Of a stretch of 64,000 bases of DNA, positions 52,080 to 62,657 are shown one piece after another. Source of the DNA: Antedon mediterranea (taxonomy: Eukaryota > Animalia > Echinodermata); contig NC_092672.1 in assembly GCF_964355755.1 (NCBI RefSeq), forward strand, positions 6,572,001 to 6,636,000, read 5' to 3'. The notes below the pieces were generated by a model. That model was given only the letters and a program-made list of their open reading frames with translations, did not search any database and was not told the origin of the DNA. The translations under genes were made by a program, and so were the position numbers. Every line of letters starts with the position of its first letter. Within the stretch, counting starts at the first letter, position 1.

Positions 52080-53891
52080 TATTTGTAATGTAATCAATAA
52101 TAAGATTTTACATAATAATATTAATATTGACACTAATAATTGGCTTATATACATGTTACCTAAATAGTTTTGAAATACATCTCCAATAATGATTATAATT
52201 ATTTTGCTTTTTATTATATAATATTAACAGAAGAAGACATGATGTTGACACCCTGACATTGATGTTTAGTATGTAAATCGCGCTGGTAATAAAAATAAAA
52301 ACTCATATAGGCCTAACGATAAATATTATATCACTGTAAATTATATGTATTATATTATATGTATTAAAGTGAAATAAATGATATCTACAAAAATGAGAAA
52401 AGGGATGATCTAATTTATCATATGTATTATAGCACTAATATTATTAAAGACTCATTAGCCTGTTCATGTACAATGCAACTTTTAGGTTATCGACTACATA
52501 GGCCTTATTTATCTGCAAAATGTGTTGCTGTAATATAATTATTAGTGTTATGTATCTGAAATATCAGTCTCTATCCTAATTGTTGATTGTTATGTATTTG
52601 TCAATATACTACTGTAATTACTGATTTGTTTGGTTTACCAATAAATGGAATAACAATGTGTAACATATTTCAGTATTTATTGCTACTGCAACTAATAGTG
52701 TATATTAAAACGATAAGTTCTTCTTTAGGATTTTAAAATTCCAACCATTTTAAATTCTAAATACAAAAGTATTGATATAATAGATGTTGTCTCTGAAAGA
52801 CCAGGAACTCATTAAACTCTGCTCAGAATACACGGACTCAAGATTGAAATGTACATGAGGAAATAATAAAATTGTAAAAAGTGTATTGAAAAATATACCT
52901 TATAATATGGAAACTTTTCTTGATAAAACAGTGTAAACCGGTTTTTGTATCTACTTCATTAAATATGAAAGAAAATTACGCACAAAACAGCAAACAAAGA
53001 AAGATTCACGACCCTGATTTTCTAAATACCAATGTTGTTTTGTTGAACTATTTATCATAATAAAAGATATGTGCAGTAAACCTGGTTCATTTGTGCAATA
53101 CACCTTTATAACAGAAGTTGTATCAGAAAAGCCAACACCTACAAACATCAACTGATCGCAAGTAGAAGGTAGGCCTATACACAATAGTTGAAATTAAAAT
53201 AGTTGAAGGAGGTCAGAAGGTACATTGACTAACACACATCAGACAGAAACACAAGTAGAAAGTTCGTCTAAGGTCTACATAATTGTCAATGTAAGTACAT
53301 GAGTGATACAACTTGTCTACAATAATCATGGTGTTGTACAAATGAGGATTTATACAATGTTGTATTACAGCACAGCTAATGCATGCCTTTGTCATTTGAT
53401 TGTTTGATGTTGATGTTTTATCGCTCACGTGCCATGTATTGTTTTCTCTCATTTTAACGATTGAAGTTTTACCTTTTTTCAATTTTCAATTCAATCATGG
53501 ATAAAATAAGTGATTCAATTTAGGTTGGCACAGTGGGTTGGTTAATGCATGATTGCGCTGTATTTGACTGAGCATGCTCACCATTTACAATGAATTTGAA
53601 TACAAGTTTGGGTGTATTATAAAACAAATCATGAACATTCACCTCCTCTTTTAAATTGAAAGGTTGGTATTAACACATTTTTTATTTTATCAGGGTTACG
53701 ATTGACAAAAAAAACCCAGACAAATACTGTAGCAAAATATGCACCCAGTAGGAAGAAATAGCAGTGTGGTACCCTGCTGGCATAGTTTTAACCAAACATT
53801 CAATCAATAGCCTTATTTTTATGCAACAAAGGCTAGTATCCTATACTTCATTTAGTTAACTTGTGTTGATTGAAATACAAATAAAAAGTTA

Positions 53892-55304
53892 TCTAGATTT
53901 AATTCGTCACTATGACGAATTATAGGTTATATGCATTGATTTAAATAAAGACAATTGATTTTTAAAAGATATATTGATTGATTGATTTTCTCAGAATCTT
54001 TAATTATTTATAATATAATGACAGGACCTTGCTAACGCGAATACAATAGCCGGTATCACAATCCGATCAAAGATCCATATGCGTATAATGTCATAAACCA
54101 CATTTGTTGTTACATAATAATAAAGACATAAGTTACTTTTTATCTAGATTTCATTATAAATCATGTGTATAATCTATACACTAAGAAATAAATTTGAACA
54201 AACAATACGGATAATAAAAAAAAAATCTTATTTCGTTTCCCAAGGTGAGATTCGATCTCGGTACCTTGAATGCCATAGACACGAGCACAGACCAGCGCGC
54301 CATTGTAGAAAAATTCCTCCGTGTATTTACTATGCAGTAACCACTTTGGTGCAAATAGATTATTACATACCGCAATGAATTATAATTTTTTACTATGATG
54401 ACATCTTTAAAAATGTAAAAAAAATGATGCACTGTCAAACTATACACTTTTAACTTTATTATATGAACTTCTTAAGAAAGAAAGTTAATGTTAAGTTTGT
54501 TATTTCGGCCTAAGAAAATGTCATAATTTGTTTGAATGTCGAAATTATTTTTTAAATTTAATATGCAATTAATGATGACTTAATCAACTTTTGTTCCCTT
54601 ACAAAATAGGTGTTCCTCTGCATTCTGACGATATATATTAATTTTAAAATTTAGTATATTTTCACCATTTTGTTAACTTATACGTACGTAGCCTGTCACT
54701 TTTGACGTGCTCATATAACGCAATTTCGAGTTGAAACGTGAATCAAATATGATGGTATTATTAAAGAAAGATTGTAAAACAGTAATCGGCCAAAAAGAGT
54801 GCGCACTAACGTTTAACGCGCAGTGCGCTTGCAAAAATCCGCGCACTCATAGTAATTTTTTAAACGCTTAAAATTGCCTGAAATTTACTCTAATTTCATC
54901 GAAAATAAATTTTGACAATTTTGAACATTTTAAGCGCGCGTACGCAAGCATTATATGCGCTACGCACGTAATTGTATTGCCATATGATGAAATATGACCT
55001 GAAATTTATCAGTACCAAATTTTGTTTAATTGTGATTCATGCTTGTGAAGATATGATTACAAACGTGATTTCGTTAAATCGCGCGTAGACCGCGTAATTT
55101 TTTATTGCGCATCGTGAAAACATAGCCACATCGATTCCTGGCCATAAGGAATATACTCTGAAAAATTGACTTAGTTAGATGAAACTGATATCAAGATAAT
55201 TGACGGACAAATAGTGCTAAGGAAAGAATAAATAAATAAATAAATAAAGAAATAAATAAAGATTGTGACAGAATCAAGAGGTTATATGCATTATATAACC
55301 TAAT
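53892..55304 (-). mobile_element. Helentron/HINE-like element, single copy, duplicate of copy A at 44389
   Basis: Same flank, hairpin, body, microsatellite and terminal AGGTTATATGCATTATATAACCT. Confidence 0.75.
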
Positions 55305-55616
55305 AATAAATCCATAGACCTGGATGACGGTGCTTTATTTCTATCTAGTTGCTAAGCGTAAATGGCAAACACAAAGCAAGTCAATCAGAAGCCTGGATTT
55401 TCCCAATTACAAATTTAGTTACAAATTGTAATGGTCATGAATTCAAATTAAAGGGCCAAAATATGTCAAAGTTAATTTGTGTAAACATTCACAAACTGTA
55501 CTGGGTATTTAATAATAAAAAAATTTAATAAAACAATAATATTATCAAACATATTGTCTCTCGAGGAGGACCTGGCACTCATTCCAAAGTTTTAATATTG
55601 TTGACTTAAAATTGAA

Positions 55617-57776
55617 ATGTACATGAGGAACATGTTTTGTTTGACAAAAGAGATCTGGGAATGTTCAATCTGTCTACAAAGATTCACAGATCCAAAGGCC
55701 CTTAACTGTCTTCACACTTACTGTCTTAACTGCATGCAAGATTTGATGAGAAGACATGGTAACATACGATGTCCAAAATGCCGTGAAACGTACAATCTAA
55801 AGAATGATGATTTGGAACATTTGAAGTGCAATGAAACAATACGTTATCTAGTTGAATTTGTTGAGAAGATTGAATCTGAAAAACCAGAAACGTGCTCAAA
55901 ATGGGGAAATCAACCTCAGCACTATTGCTCTGAATGTGAAATGTTTATGTGTCGACAATGCATTCGACATCATAATATGTTCCCAACGCTGAAGAACCAC
56001 TCACTGTACACACTAGATACAGACATAAAAGAACAAGATCAAGATTCACTAAACTGCCAAAATCACCCGGATAAAAAACTGGAAGATTACTGTCGTACAT
56101 GTAAACGTACTACATGTGAAGATTGTAAACATATTGTCCGTTGTTATAGAAATAAACATGATGTGATCCCAATGCAGACAGCTCTGAATGAAATTAATAA
56201 AACTGTTACTGAAACTATGAAGACAGCTGAAGACATTAAAAGAAAACTAAAAGAGAGATTAGATGTTATCACCAAAGATAGATCAGAGTTTGAATCTAAT
56301 TTGAAGTTAAGCAGAACAGCGATTGAAATTCACGAGAAGACAATTATCAGAAAGGTGAAAGAAGAAACTAAAGCAATGATGGCAAATCTTACACAGATTT
56401 ATAAAGAACAAAGCAAAATTATTGATAATCAAATTAAAGGTATTGAATCACAGCTGACCCAAGTAAACACGTTGATGGAATCAATCAAGAAAACAATGAA
56501 TAAACCAACAGAAAACCTCGCATCATACCAGACAACTATCACTGTAGTTGAGAATGACGCTGCAGCAGATGAATTGGATAAGTCATTTGCTAAAACAAGA
56601 ATTACACCAAAGTTTATTCCAACTCAAAAGCTGATTGAGTTGATGAATCATAAAGGTGTTGGTAAACTTATCACTGTTGGTGGTGTATACAAGGTTAATA
56701 CAGAAGACGAGAGCATTTCAGTCACAAAAGGGCAGCCATTTAGTGTGAGAGTATCAAGTATAGCAGAGAGTGATGTTGGTCAATTAACAGCCACACTAAG
56801 CAACTCATTAGGTGAGAAATCAGCCACTGAAGTAGCACATAAAAAGGGAGAGTACACAGTAACAGGTAGATGCAATTTGGAAAGAGATTGGCACATGGAT
56901 ATCACTGATGGAGATACGTCACATGTCATAGGTTCACCAGTTAGTATCAAGGTGGAACTTCTTGGACTTGTAAATACTATAGAAAACATATCAGAGTATA
57001 AAGAAGATGATAAAATACAAAAAGTGATAGATGTAGTATTAGATACTGATGGATGTATGTTAGTGTCAAGCTACAGTAAAGATCTAATAAAGTTTGACCA
57101 ATCAGGTTGTTTTGTTTCTAGGATACAAATACCACAAAATGTAAAAGTCAATCGCATGTATCAATTAGGCAATGGCAATGTGGTGTATAGTGACACAATA
57201 GACAAATGTGTTTTAATGTGTGATAATCAATATCATGAAATCCGTACCTTTGGTAAAGGAGTATTAAAATATCCAAAGGGAGTAACAGTAAACCAAAAGA
57301 CCAGGATGTTATATGTAGCAGATCGTGAATGTCACTGTGTGTTTAAATTCAATATTGATGATGGTAGTCTACTGGGTAAGATAGGTTCTGAAGGTAGTAA
57401 ACCAGGTCAAATGAAAACACCAATGGATATTGCTTTAACAAAAGATGGTCATGTGTTTGTTGCTGATTGTGATAATAGCAGAATACAAATGTTTGATGCT
57501 AATGATAAGTTGATTAAAATCCTAATAGGATATGGTGAAGAAGATGGTAAAGTCAGGGGTCCTCAAGGTATAATCCTAGATATGGATGAGAATATAATAG
57601 CATCCAGTAATCATAAACTACAACTATTTGATCAAGATGGTAAATTCATTAAACGAATAGATACCAAAGATGATGGATTGGATGTCCCAGCAGGGATTGC
57701 TGTAATCTCAGAAAGACCACGAAGAGTTGCAGTGGCAAACCACAGAGCAAACAATGTAAAAATATTTAATTATTAA
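55617..57776 (+). CDS. TRIM-NHL copy 3; open ORF but native start/acceptor deleted (novel start or pseudogene)
   Basis: 719-aa ORF with the same domain order; ATG comes from the upstream block joined by a deletion; B-box1 has CSKC changed to CSKW. Confidence 0.7.
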   Translation: MYMRNMFCLTKEIWECSICLQRFTDPKALNCLHTYCLNCMQDLMRRHGNIRCPKCRETYNLKNDDLEHLKCNETIRYLVEFVEKIESEKPETCSKWGNQPQHYCSECEMFMCRQCIRHHNMFPTLKNHSLYTLDTDIKEQDQDSLNCQNHPDKKLEDYCRTCKRTTCEDCKHIVRCYRNKHDVIPMQTALNEINKTVTETMKTAEDIKRKLKERLDVITKDRSEFESNLKLSRTAIEIHEKTIIRKVKEETKAMMANLTQIYKEQSKIIDNQIKGIESQLTQVNTLMESIKKTMNKPTENLASYQTTITVVENDAAADELDKSFAKTRITPKFIPTQKLIELMNHKGVGKLITVGGVYKVNTEDESISVTKGQPFSVRVSSIAESDVGQLTATLSNSLGEKSATEVAHKKGEYTVTGRCNLERDWHMDITDGDTSHVIGSPVSIKVELLGLVNTIENISEYKEDDKIQKVIDVVLDTDGCMLVSSYSKDLIKFDQSGCFVSRIQIPQNVKVNRMYQLGNGNVVYSDTIDKCVLMCDNQYHEIRTFGKGVLKYPKGVTVNQKTRMLYVADRECHCVFKFNIDDGSLLGKIGSEGSKPGQMKTPMDIALTKDGHVFVADCDNSRIQMFDANDKLIKILIGYGEEDGKVRGPQGIILDMDENIIASSNHKLQLFDQDGKFIKRIDTKDDGLDVPAGIAVISERPRRVAVANHRANNVKIFNY

Positions 57777-59220
57777 AATAACTACGAAACATAACAACAT
57801 TTATGCATCCAGATAATTGATCAATTTCTGGTATATGTAGAGCAAATAAACACAAACTAAATTGCTATTATTTATGCCTTTAAAATTGTTAAAGTTGTGC
57901 ATTTGTATTGTCTGTTGTTATCTTAATATTTTGGCATATTAACTTGTTTAATTATAACATTAAGTACGATCACCATTTAACTACGTAAGACACATCACGT
58001 TAATAAAGTGTATACAAATGGGATGTTTAATATTTCAATTTTCAATCTTTTATTCTAATGTACAAATTAATAACTTTTATGTTATATTATGTGCTGTGTA
58101 TTCTAATGTTAACATGTGTTGCTTTAATAGTAGTGGGATAGGTTGGGCGGGAGTGATATTTCTTTTCGTACATAAGTTGGGGACCCGTCATGAAACGTCA
58201 CAAAATAAACATGAATATTCATTAGTCATATTGTGGGACGTAAGAATTGAACTAACTACAATTCGCTAATGCAAGCGCTTTCTGTCGAGCCGTCTGTGTA
58301 GTCGATAAACATTATCAAATGTTATACAGATAACATGAAACAGTAACTTTGTGACCTGTAACTTGGAATTATTGATAAATTTACACAGGTTTCTTAATTA
58401 CACTGAACCCATCATTTGGGACCCCCTAATCAAGAAGGGACACCGGTATTAAGGGTATATTTCTCGCGAAACGACAGAGGGGGGAATAATATGGTTTATT
58501 ATTTTAACTATTCAGAGGACACCTCTTTGAAGGTGTCCCCAAGGGTTGCCTACTGCATTTGTAGTGTAATCAATAATAAGAAGTTACATAATAATATTAA
58601 TATTGACACGAGTATAATTGCCTTATATTCATGTTACTTGAATCATTTTGTAAATACATCTTCATGGTGGTGATGGTTATAATTGTTTTACTTATTATAT
58701 AATTTTAACAGAAAAAGGCATGGTGCTGACAATCTACACTGATGTTTAGTCTGTGAATTGCGCTGGTAACAGAAATAAAACTCGTATAGGCATAATAATA
58801 AATATTATAATATTATCACTGTAAATTAACAATTCTGTTGCAGTTATGTATTAAAGTGAAATAAATGATATTTCCAAAAATAACAAAAGGGATGATCTAT
58901 TTTATAATGTATTATAGCACTAATATTGTTAGAAACAAAACAACCTGTTCATGTACAATGCAACTTTTAGATTTTTACACTACATAATATGCCTTAGTTA
59001 TCTGCAGCATTATATTATGTATTAGCTGTACTATAATTACTAGTGTATCATGAGTATTTATGTAACATATCGGTCTCTATTCTAATATACTGATTTTTGC
59101 TTTTTAAGTTTCCAATATAGGCCTACTACTGTGTGTGCTGTATTACCAAATATTCATTTGATACGGAAATAGATAGTATGTGGAAATACAGCACTAGAAA
59201 TCGGGTGTTGATTTCGGTCA

Positions 59221-60668
59221 CTTACCTTTAGTAATTCTTACCTTTAGTAAAGTTAAGAGGCAATGAGTTTTTTTTTAAACTCGTAGGGAGCCTCTTCTCT
59301 CATATGTGTGTATGTGTGTGTATTTGTCAAGTTTGTTTTTGAATGAATTTACACTCTTGCTATTGACAACAGATTCGGGCAGCGAGTTCCACTTGTTAAT
59401 TACTCTAGTATCAAAAAAATTATTCCGTTTAGTTGAGTTCCATCTAGGTTTCTTTAAATTAAAAGTTGAGCCTCGAGTGATATTTGGACCAACTTCAGAT
59501 GCTAATTTAAAAAAGGAGTGGCGATCTATATTTTCGTAACCATTCAAAAATTTAAAAACTTCGATGAGGTCTCCGCGTTCCCTTCTTTCCAGTAAAGTTG
59601 GTAAACCTAGCTGTATCCTGCGCTCTTCATAGGGCAAGTTTCTGAGTTCTGGTACAAGTTTTGTTGCTCGTTGTTGGATTTTCTCAAGTTTATTGATGTC
59701 TTGTTGTAAATATGGTGACCAGGCTTGAACTGCATACTCCATAACCGGACGCACAAGAGAAGTATAGAGCGACATGAACATCTGTTTATCCATATATGTA
59801 AAGGATTTCCGTATTCGGCCTACAATTGAATTGGCTTTGGCTGCAACTTTAGAAACTTGTGTCGACACTTTAAAGTCAGACGTTACATAGACTCCGAGGT
59901 CTTTCTCAGCAGAGGTTGTATCAAGAACTGTACCATCAATTGAATAAGTGTGTTTTGGATTTCGATTTCCAATGTGCATTACTTTACATTTAGATTTACT
60001 AAACTCCAGTAGCCACTTCTTACTCCACTGCTCAAGTTTACTCAAATCATTCTGCAGGGCATCTCGGTCGTTAACTGAATCAATCTTACGATAAATCTTA
60101 GCATCGTCTGCAAATAGTTTACCATCTGATTCAATATTATCAAGTAGATCGTTGATGTAGACTAAAAATAAAGCCGGACCAATAACTGTGCCTTGAGGCA
60201 CGCCACTGAACACAGGTAACCAACTTGAAACCGAACCTTTGATTGAAACACATTGACGTCTATTTTCTAAAAATCCACTTATCCAACTTAGAATATTACC
60301 TTGAATGCCATAAGCTCGCAATTTAATTTTCAGCCTAATGTGCGGAACTGTGTCGAAGGCCTTACGGCAGTCCAAGTATATAACATCAACGGGATGTCTG
60401 TCGGCGAGAGCATTTTCTACATCGCGGAAAAATTCAAGCAATTGTGTTAAACAAGAACGATTAGTACGAAAACCATGTTGATGTTTGGTGAGTATATTTT
60501 TAGTTTCGAGATGGATCATAATTGTGTTAGTTATGATTTTTTCTAAAATCTTGCAGATAACTGAAGTTAAACTAACAGGGCGGTAATTTAGAGGATCAGA
60601 CTTGCTGCCATTTTTGAAAATTGGTGTAATGGTTGCGTCTTTCCAGGCAGCACTCTCATTAAACAAAC
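59221..60668 (-). mobile_element. 5'-truncated CR1-like LINE with reverse transcriptase ORF2 fragment (ORF 59275-60681)
   Basis: RT motifs NYRPVSLTS, QHGFR, YLDCRKAFDTVPH, SGVPQG, FADD, EKDLGV, WNSLP; short 3' UTR ending in tandem TTACTAAAGGTAAG; no endonuclease domain. Confidence 0.92.
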
Positions 60669-60684
60669 TATATATAAGCAAAAT

Positions 60685-60870
60685 AGTAGGCCTAATTGGA
60701 AATCAACAATTTGCACATAGTGTGAACACATGAAAAATTTTGTCTATTTACTAGTAGGCCTATTTGGAAATCAACAATTTGCACATAGTGTGAACACATG
60801 ACAAATTTTGTGTATTTACTAGTAGGCCTATTTGGAAATCAACAGTTTGCACATAGTGTGAAAACATGAA
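60685..60870. repeat. Minisatellite, ~68-bp unit x 2.7
   Basis: TAGTAGGCCTAWTTGGAAATCAACARTTTGCACATAGTGTGAAMACATGA repeated at 60685, 60752 and 60820. Confidence 0.9.
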
Positions 60871-61600
60871 TACTTTAAATGAAAGATAAGACGGCTAGTG
60901 ATTAAATAGTAATCCAAGGTGATATAAATTATATTAAAAGTGCAAGTGAAGGCTTGGTCGGATTAATAAAGTATAAATTATTGTCATATTGTATAATAAA
61001 CTCATTTCAATGCATGCACTAGTCATACAAAGGTACGCTGATCTCAATTTTATAGTATTTATTTTTATTTTTTGAATTTATAGTATTGTAGGCCCTATTT
61101 ATTCATATTATTTTATTTATTGTATTACTTTTTATTGTTTTTATTATTTATTATTATTTTTTATTATAAGGTGCGTAAAGTAGTCCTCTCAAAATTAACT
61201 AAACTATATATTATGTAATTAGGCTTATGTAATATTTTTATTATTTAATACCAAAATATTCTCGGCATCGAGAAAGATATTATGATTATGAATGTTTCAT
61301 GGAGGGAACGAGTACTTAAACAAAAAGTTTAACAAAAAAAACATGATTTTAAAGAAATATAGAACAGTAAAGATTCATCAACCAAACATCAAGTATGACG
61401 TCAAAAAAAGGAAGTCTAAATCAATAAATGTATGGCTATGTTTCTGGCAGACGACAAAGCAGACCACAAGAGACTGAGCAAGTCAGTGTCATGTCACGTG
61501 TCAAATTCTGAAGCCACAGAACACTCGGTAGACGGCCGGCAGGGCATTCACACTATTTGAAATTTGCTCATTGCTCTAACCAACTCAATTTACTTTTTAG

Positions 61601-62657
61601 ATGATTGTTGTCTACGTTATTAGTTTAATTGTAGGCCTATTTGCTGGCACCGTTCATGGGCTTACAAAAGCCGAAATTCGTAAGTTCGTGACGAAGACTC
61701 ACATAGAACATAACACAGGTCTACAAGGGACAGTATCAATAACATCTCACAGAGGAGTTCACACGCTTGTCAGTAATGGTATTCCAGATCACGATACTGG
61801 AACCTACCCCAGTCAACACACACCAAACAGTATCATTGAACAGGACTACTACTACCAATTTCCCAGAAATCCAATCGTTGCCAGCGAATCCACCGCCTTA
61901 AATCAGGGGCCAGTTGGTAAAAGATTTAATTATAATTTTTATCTTCACAATTATTATGAATGTATAGCCAAGGCTCTAATCATTCATTATATAATAATTG
62001 TATCTGATATTTGTTAAAGAAGGCACGCATTTATTGAAAGTTGTATAGGATGTGCGTATGGTTTCCACAATATTATTGTAAATAACAATATAAATTTAAA
62101 ACTAGAAAAGAAAAAAAAAAATAAAAGCACTAATAGAAGTGGGTGTACTGTCAGTAAACATTATTTCAACAATTAAAGGTATTAGGCCTATTTGGTAAAA
62201 TAATATTATTACATTATTCCCATGACTGTAACATTACAGCTGAGGACAAAAGTATGCATTTAACATAGTATATTTAACAATGTACTTTACTACAGGAATT
62301 TCTATCAACGGTATACCATTCTACAATCCATGGACCAATGATGGACAAAATGCTGTCCTCGGGGAGAGATTCGACGACTGCGATGGTCACCCGGATAAAC
62401 GAGGTCGATACCATTATCACAAAATGCCGAGTTCATGTGTCTTCACCGTAGAGGAGGGCGTTGCTTCGACTATTATAGGTGTTGCACTCGATGGATTTCC
62501 GATCTACGGACCAATTGACGAAGATGGCTCTCGACTGAGGACGACCGATCTTGACGAATGCCATGGCAAACACGGCACAGACGGAAAGTATCGGTACCAC
62601 GTGACCGACGATTTTCCCTACATACTCGGATGCTACAAGGGAGAAGTTGGCAATTAA
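61601..62657 (+). CDS. Secreted YHYH-domain protein, 2 coding exons (225 aa)
   Basis: Exons 61601-61916 and 62296-62657 joined by a phase-1 GT-AG intron; signal peptide MIVVYVISLIVGLFAGTVHG; motifs SNGIPDH, GISINGIPFYNP, DDCDGHP..GRYHYH, IIGVALDGFPIYGP, DLDECHG, YRYHVT..FPYILGCYKG. Confidence 0.88.

Larger units (their letters stand above)
38020..59130 (+). repeat. Tandem segmental duplication of three TRIM-containing units (~38020-42950, ~42950-52460, ~52460-58950) plus the start of a fourth
   Basis: Upstream block recurs at ~38020-39120, 42950-44110, 52460-53610, diverged at 47570-48200, truncated at 55490-55633 and 58950-59130; post-TRIM flanks 41672-42950, 51480-52460 and 57777-58950 align. 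Confidence 0.92.

Noticed and set aside
60685-60870. Possible CRISPR array
   Set aside because: Whole units repeat with no unique spacers; it is a minisatellite.
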